From Octopus sinensis (lineage: Eukaryota): DNA of 64,000 bases. The stretch is taken from NCBI RefSeq assembly GCF_006345805.1, contig NC_042998.1, positions 149,792,001-149,856,000 of the forward strand, in the 5' to 3' direction. Both the position numbers and the translations under genes were made by a program. Shown one piece after another: positions 1 to 13,921 of this stretch (position 1 is the stretch's first letter; every line of letters begins with the position of its first letter). The notes under the pieces were generated by a model. The model did no database searches, was not told where the DNA came from, and saw nothing but the letters and a program-made list of their open reading frames with translations.

Positions 1-1732
1 ATCTTCGATGGCATAGTTTAAATAGACATTCGTGCACGAAACGTCGCCACAAATCAGTGCTGGATAAAAATTTCTATTGAAAATCTGTAGAGATAGCTTT
101 AAAAGTGACAAATACCTTTAATACTAACAGAAGACTAACTTCTGGAGATGAACAATAAAAAAACTGAGATGAGGTTTTCTATGATACGTAAGTTTGATTG
201 GAAATGGTAACAACAAATAAGATATCTTGTAAAAGACATTGCAATCAGATTTGGAACTTTATGTCTCTGAATGTAATGTAAAGTCTGAGAGTATAAAAGT
301 AAAAGGGATTTCATAAAAAGTAAACCTAAACAATTGTCTCCACTAACATCTGACTTAAAGAACTATAATTCCTTTTCTGAAATTGACACAGCCGTTACTG
401 TTTTGCTGCGGAAATCAGATATATCCTCTCAAAATTTCGTTACGCGTAAGTGCGAAAGGCAATTTTATATACCAATATGTATTTTGATGAAGAATGCTTT
501 GTTTGAAACTATTTTTTGACATGCTTCTGCCACTGTAAAAATGAATATTACATAACGGAATGTATTTTTTATCAAGGTCACTGGCTAATTGCGACACCAA
601 GGCCTTTTTTATTTGTGATATATGTTTAGTTTGATTCACTTCTCCTTCTTTATTCCCGCTTAATTGATTATCAATATTAATTTAGGAATTCTCTCTGTTT
701 CCAAGAATTGCTGTTAATACTAGAGTGTTACCCGTCATATGTAGCTTTGAAAGTATACTTTTGCCACCAATCGTAATATCAGGAAATATATTATACATAC
801 AGTAATTATAAATGAACTTTTATAAAATATCTTGCTGCTTACACAAAACGATGAAATGAATATTAATTTTCAACTGAAAATATTTTAATCCTGAAATAAA
901 TTTAAATTGGACAAATTTCTAATTTCCATAACTCCTCTAATAATTAATAGGTCACTTCTTTTCTCGTTCTTCCTTCTCTGTCTCAATGATTCTTTCTCAT
1001 TGACTCTATGTTTGTGTATAATGTTCCGTTGTTCACTACCGGCCATCAAGCCTAGTATGCGTACTCATCTTTTAATCCTCGTCGCTATGGTCTCTGTAAT
1101 TCTTTTGTATTCACTTTCCCTCTTTCTATATTCGATAGAAAGTTTTACTGGCGAAATGAACCAACCAATAAATATCTCAGTCATTATCTTTATAAAGATT
1201 AAAATATTCCTTTTTTCTCACTGCATGATTTCTTATAATTTTGTCATCCGGTATGTTAATTTACACTTAACATACATACCAGCTTATGATACTAACAGGG
1301 CAGGCCTTTTTTACTATAACAATATAACTCTTTTACTACTGGAGAATATTTTTTAATACTAAGGACACACCTTAGTATTTGACTTACACCTCTATTTTCT
1401 TAAAAATGAAGTCAATAATTATACATCTCTAATATATAACCCCCCACCCCATAAAACAACACTACAAGAAACATTTTCTTTAAGAAGTGTCCAAAAGTGA
1501 GTACCAGCTGTACTCCCAGATGGCATAATATAACACAAAAGCCAACAGAATTAACAGGGGCCAACTGTGTATTCATAAACGCGAATGCATGACCAGTCAA
1601 TCAGTCATACAAAGAGGAGGCGTGAATATACGAAACACAAGTCACACTAATCACACCATGGAATGTTATATATTATACGCTACAGTCATGTTCGTACTTT
1701 ATTTTTGTTCATTGAAATTCATTTACGGCATG

Positions 1733-2200
1733 CGTGTGTTGTGTGTGTGTGTATGTGTGTGTGTTGTGTATCTGTTGTGTGTGTGTCTTGTGTGTGTGTG
1801 TCTTGCTTGTGTGTTATTCGTGTGTGTTGTGCGTGTGTGTTGTGCGTGCATGTGTTGTGCTTATGTGTGTGTAGATAAATATTCCTATATATACATATAT
1901 ATAAATATATATATATGTATATATGTATATATGTATGTATATATGTATACATATATATATATATACATATATATATAGGTATATATATATATATATTTAT
2001 TTATATATATATACATGCACACATTTCTACATTCATACATTGAATATATAAATATATACATATCTATAACATTTTACACATATATATATATATTTACATA
2101 TATGTTTGAATGTATGTCTCAACATGAATATAAATTTATATAATGTATACACATATTTACGTATAATTACATATGTATATATGTATGTGTTAATATATGT
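1733..2200. repeat. (TG)n/(TA)n mosaic microsatellite
   Basis: Direct reading; source of the spurious CV/IY-rich ORFs. Confidence 0.95.
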
Positions 2201-2285
2201 ATATTTGTTCACCCACTGCTAGCTTGTACTCATTTTCCACTCTCACTGTTCCTCTCTCTCACACACACACTGTCTCTTTCTCCAC

Positions 2286-2318
<33 letters not shown>

Positions 2319-2684
2319 TCCCCTTCTCTCTTTCTCGCCCTCAATGCGTCTTTCTCGGGGTGTTTGTGTATATTTATTTCCCCGAATTAACACTTTCATG
2401 CAAAGCCAACAGGAATACCAATTTCCTCCGATATCATCGCTGCATCTATTAGTCACACCATCCTTGCGTCTCTCCGTCCCTCCGTCGTTTCTGGTAACAC
2501 CGTCTCTTCCACTCGCTGCACACTTACATTAGCAGTCAACCTGCGCTAGTTGCACTAACTCTGACACTGTCCTCGCCCTCCGACCCCCACTCGCACCATC
2601 TGATGGCCAAGTCTAGCAGCACATAATGGAAGATACATGATGTGACACCTTGCTAGATATGAATTTAAGTATATATTAAGAACG

Positions 2685-3012
2685 AACACACACACACACA
2701 CATACCCACACATACTTACACACAAACAAACACGCACGCACACACACTTACACATGTACGCACGCGCATACACACACTCAAAGCACACACACGAACACAC
2801 ATGTATACATGCAGCCGAATTCATACACTCACACACTTGTGTATGTTTATATATATAGTCATAAATATATATAAATATATAAATATATATACATGCATGC
2901 ATGCATACATACATACATACATACATACATACATACATACATGCATACATATACATACATACATGTAAACATGCATAAAAATAGATAGACAGATAAACAG
3001 ATAGATAGATAA

Positions 3013-3074
<62 letters not shown>

Positions 3075-3075
3075 G
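2685..3075. repeat. (CA)n, (TACA)n, (TAGA)n compound microsatellite
   Basis: Direct reading. Confidence 0.95.
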
Positions 3076-3984
3076 ACTCCTTCACATACTTCTGCCGAGG
3101 AAATTTACATCATGAGATATTTTGTTAAGATTATTGCACAAGGTAGTTGCCCGTGGCGCCATGTAGCGGGATGAAATACGGGACATCGTAGTTTCGTGAT
3201 ACATTTTTGAACATATACAAACATATATACATTCATAGATAACTGCATGCACACTACATGTTATTCATATACTCTTATATGAATGCAAACATATATACAT
3301 ACGCAAATGCATATATAGATACGAACATACATGCAAACACGCATGCATGCATATATACATTAATACATACATACTTGCATACTTACATGCATAGATAGAT
3401 AGATAGTTAGGTAGACAAACAAATACATACATACATACATACATACATACATACATACATACATACATACAACATACATACGTACGTACATACATTGATA
3501 TGATATTCCACATTGCCTCAGCATTAAAAGTACCGATAACAATCTTTGAGATACTTGACTGCTCTGAATAGGAAATCCACTCCTTAGACATCTAAAATCA
3601 GGAAAATAGAAAGTTTATGATGGGCGACTTCTAAACTAACATTTTCTCTCCCTATATATACGTACACGTCTATATCAATAATCGCTAATGCCATTTTTCT
3701 TACTGATTTAATGGTATATATGATACATGCGTTTGTCCAGAAGTTGTCTTAAAAAGTACCCCGGGTCCTGTACATGAAGTTTTGCTAATTTTGTCAAACT
3801 AATAAGCTAATTTTGTCCCTGACGCTCACTTTTTCCTAAATATGCGCTGCTAAAATAGAGATTCGTTTGATATAATCATGCGTCATTTAGTCATCAAATA
3901 CGACAAATATGTCTAAGGTAGAAAAGTCCGAGTTTTCAGGTGAAGAAATTGACTAACATTGCATTCTTTTCCTTTTACTTGCAG

Positions 3985-4047
3985 AGTCTTAAGGAACAGA
4001 CTGAGACATCAGCTTTTCAGATCCTCCAGAACACCAAGGGCTCAGTG
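3985..4047 (+). CDS. Candidate 63-nt internal exon of an unidentified host gene (SLKEQTETSAFQILQNTKGSV)
   Basis: Branch-like GACTAAC at 3951-3957, polypyrimidine tract ending TTGCAG at 3984, possible donor GTGGGT at 4048; frame open; no homology recognised. Confidence 0.3.
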
Positions 4048-4128
4048 GTGGGTTCGATGCTTTAAATGTTTAGTTTCAAATGTTGCACATCAGCACCTGA
4101 AAGAAAGACAACTGAGCAAAAATGTCCA

Positions 4129-4129
<1 letters not shown>

Positions 4130-4197
<68 letters not shown>
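4130..4197. repeat. (GA)n microsatellite
   Basis: Direct reading. Confidence 0.95.
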
Positions 4198-4198
<1 letters not shown>

Positions 4199-4364
4199 TC
4201 AATACTCCACAGTAAAAGGACATAACTTAGTGGGAGACTGGAGGACGGTTGAATATATCAAAGATAACAAAAAGTGGAAGGCAGAATTCTACAAATACGA
4301 CCAGTAGGTGGAACAGTAAAACAAGCAAAGTATTTCTAAATTTAAACCTGTGATATATTTATTC

Positions 4365-4570
4365 TTTTATTCGTTTCAGTCATTTGACTGCGGCCTTGCT
4401 GGAGATCCACTTTTATAGTCAAACAAATCGAGCCCAGGACTTGTTCTTTGTAAGCCTAGTACTTATTCTATCGGTCTCTTTGGCCGAACCACTAAGTTAC
4501 GGGGACGTAAACACACCAACATCGGTTGTCAAGCGATGGCGGGGGGACACAAACACAGACGCATAAACAT
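4365..4570 (-). mobile_element. tRNA/CORE-type SINE (family A), 3' half
   Basis: Matches the 3' halves of fuller copies at 13922, 30620 and 49058 (TTCAGTCATTTGACTGCGGCC...GGGACGTAAACACACC). Confidence 0.85.
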
Positions 4571-4585
4571 ATACATATATATATA

Positions 4586-4625
<40 letters not shown>

Positions 4626-4647
4626 TAATATATATATATATATATAT

Positions 4648-4697
4648 AAACAATTGCAGCGTGGAAGGTGTTTATAAGCCATTTGAGAAACACACAC
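4648..4697. repeat. Orphan copy of the ~48-bp segment forming the inverted repeat of the 51072-51310 element
   Basis: AACAATTGCAGCGTGGAAGGTGTTT(A/G)TAAGCCATTT(G/A)AGAAACACAC nearly identical to 51129-51176; flanked by (TA)n and (CA)n. Confidence 0.85.
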
Positions 4698-4772
4698 GCA
4701 CACACACACACACGCACACACACGCACACACACGCACGCAACAACACACGCACACACACACACACACGCACG

Positions 4773-4812
<40 letters not shown>

Positions 4813-4835
4813 TTTATATATATATATATATATAT

Positions 4836-5301
4836 GCAAAGTTTAGGTTAGTTAAAATACGTTTGTGATATATTCGAACTGCTAAAATGCAAATTCACTG
4901 CAGTTATTGTGGAGATATTTTTCCTTATGGTAGTAAGGTGTTAAAACTCCATATCTGCCTAGTGTCGCCATCTATCAGAACTCACAGATCAGTGTTTTTA
5001 GCTTCTTAGCTGTTATCAATGAGAAATACCTACGAGAGGCACTCTGGGCAGACCTTATTAAAGCACTAGCTTTAAAATTCGAAAGACAATATTGACTTAG
5101 ATATTTTCTGTTGATAACAGTTGAGGGGCTAGAAACATCGGTGTCTGGGAACACTGATAGATGGCGACACTAGAGAGATGATGGTGTTTTTAATCCTTTC
5201 TTCATAAGAGAAAATTTTTTTCCGCGGTGGTAACTGCAGTGAATTTGTCTTTTAGCAGTTGAAATACATCACAAACATATTTTAACTAACTCAAATTTTG
5301 C
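4836..5301. mobile_element. Fold-back MITE with ~190-bp imperfect terminal inverted repeats
   Basis: GCAAAGTTTAGGTTAGTTAAAATA...CTAGTGTCGCCATCTATCAG is mirrored by CTGATAGATGGCGACACTAG...TATTTTAACTAACTCAAATTTTGC; non-coding. Confidence 0.8.
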
Positions 5302-5347
5302 GTCTTCCCAAACACTACTTGGCGGCAATCTTATGGTAATATATATA

Positions 5348-5430
<83 letters not shown>

Positions 5431-5431
5431 G

Positions 5432-5505
<74 letters not shown>

Positions 5506-5807
5506 ATATATATACACATACACATACATATGCGAACACGAACACAATTAGAGAGTGAGTCACAAACATAAAAAATATATGCATATAAAAAAGACAGGTT
5601 TAAAACCGGCAGGAAAGAAATGAAGAATTAAAGCCAGAGGAAGAAGAAAGTGAGTGAGAAGAGAGACAGACAAAGGTAGAGGTAGAGAGGAGAGAGAGAG
5701 AGAGTGGGGTGAGAGAGCCAGAAAGAGAGAGAAAAGTTAAATTGTGAAACATGTACTCCAGCTGTAAGAAAAGAGAGCCGAGTTCATACCTAATATGTCA
5801 AGCGGAG

Positions 5808-6194
5808 GGCGGCGAGCTGGCAGATGCGTTAGCACGTCGGGCGAAATGCGTAGCCGTATTTCGTCTGAGTTCAAATTCCGCCGAGGTCGACTTTGCCTTT
5901 CATCCTTTCGGGTCGATTAAATAAGTACCAGTTACGCACTGGGGTCGATATAATAGACTTAATCCGTTTGTTTGTCCTTGTTTGTCTTCTCTGTGTTTAG
6001 CCCCTTGTGGGTAGTAAAGAAATAGGCATTTCGTCTGTCTTTTCGATCTGAGTTCAAATTGCACCGAGGTCGACTTTTCCTGTCATCCTTTCGGGGTCAA
6101 TAAGTTAAGTACCAGTTGCGTACAGGGGCCGATCTAATCGACTGGCCCCCTCACCCAAAATTTCGGGCCTTGTACCTAGATTAGAAAAGAATAT
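5808..6194 (+). mobile_element. Dimeric tRNA-derived SINE (family B) with two Nin-like central domains
   Basis: Head GGCGGCGAGCTGGCAG, B-box-like GAGTTCAAATTCC, Nin-like GTCGACTTTGCCTTTCATCCTTTCGGGTCGAT..AAGTACCAG present twice with different tails. Confidence 0.85.
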
Positions 6195-6391
6195 GTGAGA
6201 AGCGGTGGCGAAGTTAAATTAAAATGCTGAAAAGTTTAGTTCGCTTTAGTCTTACTACTTTAAACCAGATTTTTAGTAATAACATTTTATATTGTACTTC
6301 TTACAAAAGTTCGATAAATTTATAGAAAATACGAACGATCAGTAACCAAGTTAGGGTATCTGCATGCATTTATGTGTGTGTGTTGTATGTA

Positions 6392-6472
<81 letters not shown>

Positions 6473-6882
6473 TACGTGCAAATATGGTGGCTTATGTATA
6501 CCGACAAAGATCACTACAGAGTATGATTGAGATGTAGTAAGAGTAATGAAAGAGAGGCGGAAGTAACTGCAGTAAATAATCGACTTCCCCTTGAATAATA
6601 CCTTGTATTAATTAAGTTTTTGCGCTGACAGATTGTTTATAGAATTTCGGTGCACAGGAAAGTGTGTCTATAATATATAATAATGTAACATATAATATAA
6701 TATATACACATAATATGCTAAATCGTAAAGAATGCGGAATTTTCAAGAAATACTGTTGGAAGAAATGTGAGAATGGAATAGAGTTAGTAATTTATATATA
6801 TATAATATATATAATATATATATATATATATATAATATATATATATATATAATATATACTTTATATATATATATATATTATA

Positions 6883-6927
<45 letters not shown>

Positions 6928-7690
6928 CATTTATATATACATATATATATAATCATATATATACATACATATATATATATACATATATATATATATAATA
7001 TATATATATTCATTTATATATAGATACTATATCTCTAGGTATATCTGTCTATCCATCTCTGTATCTATCTATCTATCTATATGTATGTATGGTGTATATA
7101 TGTGTGTGTCGGTTTATGCGAGTGAAGATATACATATATATACACATGTGTATACACATATATGTATATATATATGTACATATATATATATATATATATA
7201 TATTTGTATAATATATTTACACACACACACATATATATGTATAAATACACAGACTTTCACACACGTATGTAAGTATATATATTTATACAAACACAGGAGT
7301 GTCTGTGTGTGTGTGTGTGTTTCATGTACGTGTGGACATGTGTGCGTGAAGGTGTGCACACCTCAATGGTTCTACATTCATGTGTACGTGTGTTTTAAGA
7401 TTAAAAAAAGTGTGAGAATGAAAGAAGGCATGGAAGAAAGACTAAATGAATGAGAGACTGAATGATTGAATGAGAATGATAAGTGAATAAGCAATGAGGA
7501 ATTAGGTGAAGGTCTTTACCTCAAGTGGCAGTCAAGATTCAATGCATCACAGAAGAGAAACGGCGAAGAATTCTTTAGATTTGATTTACTTCGAATACTT
7601 AGAATATGTAGTTTGTGCGCGCGCGTGAGTGTATCAGTGTATGTATGCATTTTTGTATGTCCGGTTGTATGTATGTGTTTCATATATATA

Positions 7691-7759
<69 letters not shown>

Positions 7760-7811
7760 CATATACGCGAGCAACCGGGCGCTTGTGTGTGCTTGCGTAT
7801 GCAGTATAAGC

Positions 7812-7876
<65 letters not shown>

Positions 7877-8189
7877 CATCTATCTATCTATCGATAGATA
7901 GATAGATAGATAGATAGATATTACCAATTAAAGTTTTAGATTCTTTTGACTGGCTATCTACTCAATTATATATTTGGGAGAGAAAAAGCATTTTCTATGT
8001 ATGTCTATGAGTATGTATTTATGATGTATAAATGTATGTGTGCATGTATGTTTGCATGTATGCATGTATACATGTATTCTTACGTACGCACATACACACA
8101 CACACATAATTTAATCCTGTATTACGTTGTAGGTCATCATGTATGTGTTTGTGTGTGTGTGTACCTAATCACATGTATTTCTATTAATG

Positions 8190-8220
<31 letters not shown>

Positions 8221-8314
8221 TGTATGTATGTATGTGCAATTATTCATCTACATGTATGTATATACATACGAATGTGTTCATATACACTTGGGTATAGGCA
8301 TCGACAGCATTTCA

Positions 8315-9500
8315 CTCGTGTATCGAATTCCATGCTAAACCTTATGAATGTTTTATATATTTTGACAATACCTTGGGCTGTTTCTAGGTGTAATCTTCTA
8401 ATTAGATATATTTTTTCCTGTCTTTGTGACCTCCAGCTTCTCAACATTGGTTGTGGGACTGTTTGTCACGGAATCAAGTGCTCCAATAGTTATGGCTAGA
8501 TAACGAAACTTAAATTCAGAATGGAAGAACTACAAATCTCTTATCGGTTTGGCATAGATGGTCTCTTTTTCACTAATCTTTAGCGTTATGTTGACATCAG
8601 CTGGGAAACTGATTCCAAGTTCTCTGCACCGTTTCTTTTCTAAGACCCAGACCTTTATATGTGGTATGTTTAACTTGCATTTTATTGAAATCTTGACAGG
8701 GACATTCCACCAGGATTCCTTCGTAAAATTATGCCCTTTACATCGTTTTATATAGCTTATTATGTATCTGTCTCGTCTGGAGTACCCCGTGTACGGATTT
8801 CACCATATAACGTTCTAGCTATGACATCATGTTTCATTGGTAGGTAATATTGAGAGGGCATTTTCGGGCAGCTACTTATGATACGGGTAACATCAGGGCT
8901 TGCAACAGTTGTGACATGAAGATGATTTACCTGTATTCCTGTATTCATTTTTTGTACAGCAAATTTTTTGTGATTATTTCTTAGTCCTGTATTTCAAAGC
9001 AGGTCCTTCTAACTAAGAGCTAATATTCCAGTTGTAAGTCCAAGATTGACTAATCTATTTGTTAATGTGATTGTCATTTTGAAAACCTCTGGAAAAGGTA
9101 GCCATATATGGCCTTTAACCGCTATGCATGCAGCATCACTTCTGATGATTTGTTGCTGTAGAATTCTACAACCCCTTTGGATGTAGAAGGAGGTGTTGAA
9201 AAGTTCCTGGCTTTAAGGGTATTGCGAAAAACAGGTTGGATGCCCAACCTTCCAAGTTCTTTTACAGGGATTAGAAAACCTGAAGGCTAGCGGTAATAAG
9301 TGTGTGAATCTGAGAAGGGGAATATGCTGAATAAAATCATAATTAACTGATTGTCCTGTATTTTCTTTTACTCAAATTTTCAGCACCTCTTTATATACCT
9401 CTGGTTATCAGTAAGGGAATTCTTTCTGAGAATCTCCTTCCCAACTCCAATGATGTAATCTACCTCTTGTATGCAGACTTAATTTATGGCAGGATTTCGA
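8315..9500 (-). mobile_element. Decayed R4/Dong-like non-LTR retrotransposon (C-terminal Zn-knuckle and restriction-like endonuclease)
   Basis: Minus-strand fragments IISSCPKMPSQYYLPMKHDVIARTLY, WWNVPVK, ISFPADVNITLKISEKE, ITIGALD, GIVKIYKTFIRFSM; stops and frameshifts; interrupted by the MITE at 9186. Confidence 0.75.
9186..9391. mobile_element. Mariner-derived MITE
   Basis: Ends TA-GAAGGAGGTGTTGAAAAGTTCC and AATTTTCAGCACCTCTT-TA are degenerate inverted repeats with TA flanks. Confidence 0.7.
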
Positions 9501-10589
9501 CGTTTAGTGGTTGGTAGATATTGGACGAATGTATGTGTATAGGTATGTATTTTTCCTTTGAGATTTATTTAAGTTTATAATATTCAAGACGGTCGCTAAC
9601 AAAGTGACAAGAATGTTTAAGTTATGACAGTTGCCAGCGTTTGTAAATATCTGATTGACTTACCCTGTGCATATATGCAGCGGCAATTATGACCTGTGAG
9701 AATATATCTCTTTAGTAATTAGGCTCTTGAATGCGTTGAGTGCGTTTGCTTGCGTGCGTTTGTGTGCATAATTACAATTTACACATGCGTCTCTGTAGAT
9801 GCACACAATCAAGCATTTGCATAAATTCATTTAATGAATCTCAAATAGAGATTCTTTGGAATGTCTTATAAATTTTTATTGTGCCGCTAATAGATTGGAT
9901 TTGGAGGATGCTCGTCAGTTTCTTTTGCACGTCTTTCGAAAATCTGAGCAGTGAGTCCTACTTGCAGTGAGTCCTATGAGCAGTGCACCTGCAGGAAACC
10001 CCTATTTTTGTCACCATACATAAGGTATACATCCACAAATCCTATCCTTTCCCACTCCACCTGGCCTAGTGCTATCTACACTTACACTTCAAGTATGAAA
10101 ACACCCTTGGGCACTTCATAACAATACAGCCCTGGCAATATCCTTTCAAATACTCACAAAAATTGATTTCCTGAAACTAGCTCCTATCATCTCTCGCTCT
10201 CCTCAAGGGCTTAAAGATAAATTTTGATCGGTAAAAACAAAATATTATACCTCTCATTCCTTACAGAATTAAAAACACTTACCCCGTCAATTCTCATTTC
10301 ACATCTCAAATGTGTGAGATGACCACTGCCAACAACAGTTATCTCCATCAACTTGAATTTCTCTTCTTCCTTCATGAAACTCACAAAATCAGATCAACTG
10401 AAGGTCTGCTCTTATATGTCACTCACCAATGGATTGTCGCCCGCAAGATATTTCATAAAAACTGTATTGCTGCCCTCGACATTAAATAAAGTTTGCCTCT
10501 TTACGCGCAGATCTTCTAATCAAACCACTTAAATAGAAATGTTCCTTTGTATACCAGCGGAATGGTCATGGCTAGACTACTTTGATCAT

Positions 10590-11123
10590 AAGTGTGCTCC
10601 GTCAGATTTCAGTTGGACAATAACAAAAGCAACAACAGAACCAACACTACGATCTACAATAACAAGAACATCATATGGCAACCTTACAACAAAAACAAGC
10701 TGTTGCTGTTGGCTAATACTACGACCCTCACCGCTATCACCACTACCACCACCACCACCACCACCACCACCACCACCACCATCGCCACGACCCCTACTAC
10801 TACTACTACTAATACTACTACTACACGACGATTGTATAATCCGTAACGGCAGCACAAACTTTGATAACAATATCTCAACCTGCAACAGCAACACAACAAC
10901 CCCTAACACCACTACCATCACCAGTGCCGCCACCAACCCAATAACAACAACAACAACAACCCAGTGCAATTACATAACTTGTAACAACAATATACAATAC
11001 AACAACAACAAATGTTACAGCAGTCAACGAAGAAAACGAGATTTGCGTGATGCAATCAGTGTTTCATGTGGAATATACAATTATATATATATATTATATA
11101 TATATATATATAATATATATATA

Positions 11124-11178
<55 letters not shown>

Positions 11179-11183
11179 GATGT

Positions 11184-11227
<44 letters not shown>

Positions 11228-11332
11228 TTGTATGTTTGTATGTGCGTAAGTATTGAGGTGTGTATGTATATTATGTATGGATGTGTATCTATGTATATAT
11301 GCATACGTGTTTCTATATATATATCATATCTA

Positions 11333-11378
<46 letters not shown>

Positions 11379-11987
11379 GGGAGAGAGAGACAGAGATAGG
11401 GGGAGGGAGAGAGAGGTGTATGTGTGTGTGTTTGCGTGTGTGTGTGCGTGTGTGTTTGCGTGTATGTATGTGTGCGCGCGCGTGTGTGTATGTGTGACCT
11501 GAAGTAATTAGCTAAACCCAGCATGTATATAATGAAGGTTGACGTAGAAATAACGGTAAATGATGACATCTCGCAGACAGTGAAGAAAGTAGTTGCATGG
11601 TGAGAGGAGAATAGACATGGAGTAGAGTAGACATCTTGGAAAGATGGCGAGCGTGGTGGTGGGGGATGGGGATAGAGACACGGAACATAGTCGTTACAAT
11701 CTGTTCGATATTTGTGATTTGGAGTTTGAATTTCTGTTGTTATGAAACTACAACAGCATCAACAACAGTAACAATCATCATCATCATCGTCGTCGTCGTC
11801 GTCGTAGTCATCATCATCATCATGCTCCTCCTCCTCCTTATCATCAACATAATATTAATCGTTATCATTATCATCAGCAGCAGCTTCAATATCAACTTCA
11901 TCATCATTCTTATCGTTGTCGTCATCAGTATCATCATCATATTCATCATCATCCCCATGATCATCGTCAGCTTCAACATCATTCTCA

Positions 11988-12027
<40 letters not shown>

Positions 12028-12165
12028 CCACCACCAGCACCACAACTATCATCGCCATCATCATCGTCGTCGTTGTCGTCGTTGTCTTCGTCGTCGTCGT
12101 CGTTGTCATCATCGTCGTTGTCATCGTCGTCGTTGTCATCGTCGTCATCATCATTATCATCTATT
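10590..12165. repeat. Trinucleotide mosaics (CAA/CAC/TAC, CAT/CGT) and (TA)n
   Basis: Direct reading; explains poly-T/P/H/I ORFs on both strands. Confidence 0.9.
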
Positions 12166-12174
12166 ACATTGTGG

Positions 12175-12350
12175 CAAGTTGGTAGAACGGTTAGCACTAC
12201 GGACAAACTGCTTTTGCGGCATTTCGTCCGCTTTTATGTTCTGGGCTCAAGTTCCGCTGAGGTCGACTTTGCTTTTGGGGTGTCGATAAAGTAAAGTACC
12301 AGTCAAGTACTGGGACTAATCCGCTCTATCAAAATTTAAGGCTTTCAGTC
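12175..12350 (+). mobile_element. SINE family B (Nin-type), diverged
   Basis: CGGTTAGCAC...GGCATTTCGTCCG...GAGGTCGACTTTGC...GTCGATAAAGTAAAGTACCAG. Confidence 0.75.
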
Positions 12351-12365
12351 TGTAGTAGTAGTAGT

Positions 12366-12396
<31 letters not shown>

Positions 12397-12397
12397 A

Positions 12398-12453
<56 letters not shown>

Positions 12454-12454
12454 A

Positions 12455-12660
12455 ATTGGCCAGCTGCCAGAATCTTTAGTGCGTTGGACACAATGTTTAG
12501 CGACATTTCTTCCGAGTATCTATGTTCTGAGTTCAAATCTTGCTGAGGCCGACTATGTTTTTCACCTTATTGGGGGCGATAAAATAGAGTACTTCTTGAC
12601 CACTGGGATCAACTGTCACCCACCCCCCACTATGAACTCCTGGCCTTGTGTTACCAAACA
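12455..12660 (+). mobile_element. SINE family B (Nin-type), diverged
   Basis: GTTCTGAGTTCAAATCTTGCTGAGGCCGAC...GGGGCGATAAAATAGAGTAC; separated from the previous copy by (TAG)n. Confidence 0.7.
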
Positions 12661-13237
12661 CTTGGTTTTGACTTCTACGTGTGAGTAGACTATTTTCGCC
12701 ATACGCGATAGGACGAACGCTGCATCTGGAAAAAGGCATTTGTTTTCATCTGTAAAATTAACTCGGATCTGGGGGATTCTTCGTCACATTTTTGTACCAT
12801 TTCATTTTGCATCATTTATGTAAGATTTTTTTATCCTCGATTCAGAGTACATCGACCTGACTGTTTCTTATTTTGTCCTTTCAACTCCAAAGGAACCTAA
12901 AACAATTCTCAAAACTGTAGTATATGTTGGGCAGTAATATTCGCCTACATGTATCGGATAAGTTTATTTCATGTGGTAATTATGTAGATATATGCCGAGA
13001 GAGTTGGGTTACGTGTTACAGTGCCGTGTGTTGAATGTGTAGAATGTAAATATATTATTGGCTATCATTTGTATCGTTAATAAGTTGTTTGAGATTGTGT
13101 TCCAATAAAATGGCTACCATTTATGTTAGAGTGTGCGTTGTATCATCGTTTAATGATTGTGTAAAGTGAGTTGCTTGGTTTGTGTTGTTATATTTGGCTG
13201 TGATTAACGAATACGCAGAATAAGTGTTGTGTATTGT

Positions 13238-13256
13238 CTTTCTTCTTCTTCTTCTT

Positions 13257-13287
<31 letters not shown>

Positions 13288-13353
13288 TTATTATTATTAT
13301 TATTATATTATTATTATTATTATATTATTATTATTATTATATTATTATTATTA

Positions 13354-13386
<33 letters not shown>
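13238..13386. repeat. (CTT)n(ATT)n microsatellite
   Basis: Direct reading. Confidence 0.95.
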
Positions 13387-13387
<1 letters not shown>

Positions 13388-13830
13388 CGTTGTTAATAGA
13401 TTTCGTGTAAAAACGATGGAAGGAAAACACGAATATGCCTATTGTTTGTGAAATCCGGAAAAGTCAAACAAAAGTAGAACAATAGAAAAACCAGCAGAAT
13501 AGAATAAAAAAATAAGTATCTATATTGTACAACATTTGAAGACATTCCGGAGACGCCAGAGTAGCTTGAACAAGAGATCCACGCCAAAACATAACAGAGG
13601 ATTTATAGATAAAAAAAAGAAAAGAAAAAAAACAGAACACCAACGTGTTTGCGAAGAAACCAAACGTTTCACCCCGAACGTAAGACGAGTCCTTTGAGTA
13701 AATAAAGAAAAAATTTAACTGAAAGAGACAACAATAAACAAATATAAGATTTCTGTGGTTGGGATGGAGGGAGATTAGTAGAAATATCAAAGAAACGTAC
13801 ATATGGCACCCAGAATATAACAACGTTGTG

Positions 13831-13877
<47 letters not shown>

Positions 13878-13921
13878 ATATATATATATATATATAAATT
13901 ATATATATATATTTTCTATTC

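Noticed and set aside
32-46. GTGCAC-GAAACGTC, a possible HHR 3' half
   Set aside because: No CUGANGA or stem partner inside the window; it may lie upstream of base 1
1-1400. Short ORFs and codon-like AT-rich sequence (e.g. TGNTLVLTAILGN on the minus strand; Cys-rich plus-strand frame)
   Set aside because: Frequent stops in all frames and no family motif could be confirmed
5808-5890. tRNA gene calls for SINE heads
   Set aside because: A/B-box-like motifs only; no cloverleaf, and they continue into SINE bodies
13655-13712. HHR-like gactc..ggggt-GAAACGTT on the minus strand
   Set aside because: The core is too degenerate and there is no stem I
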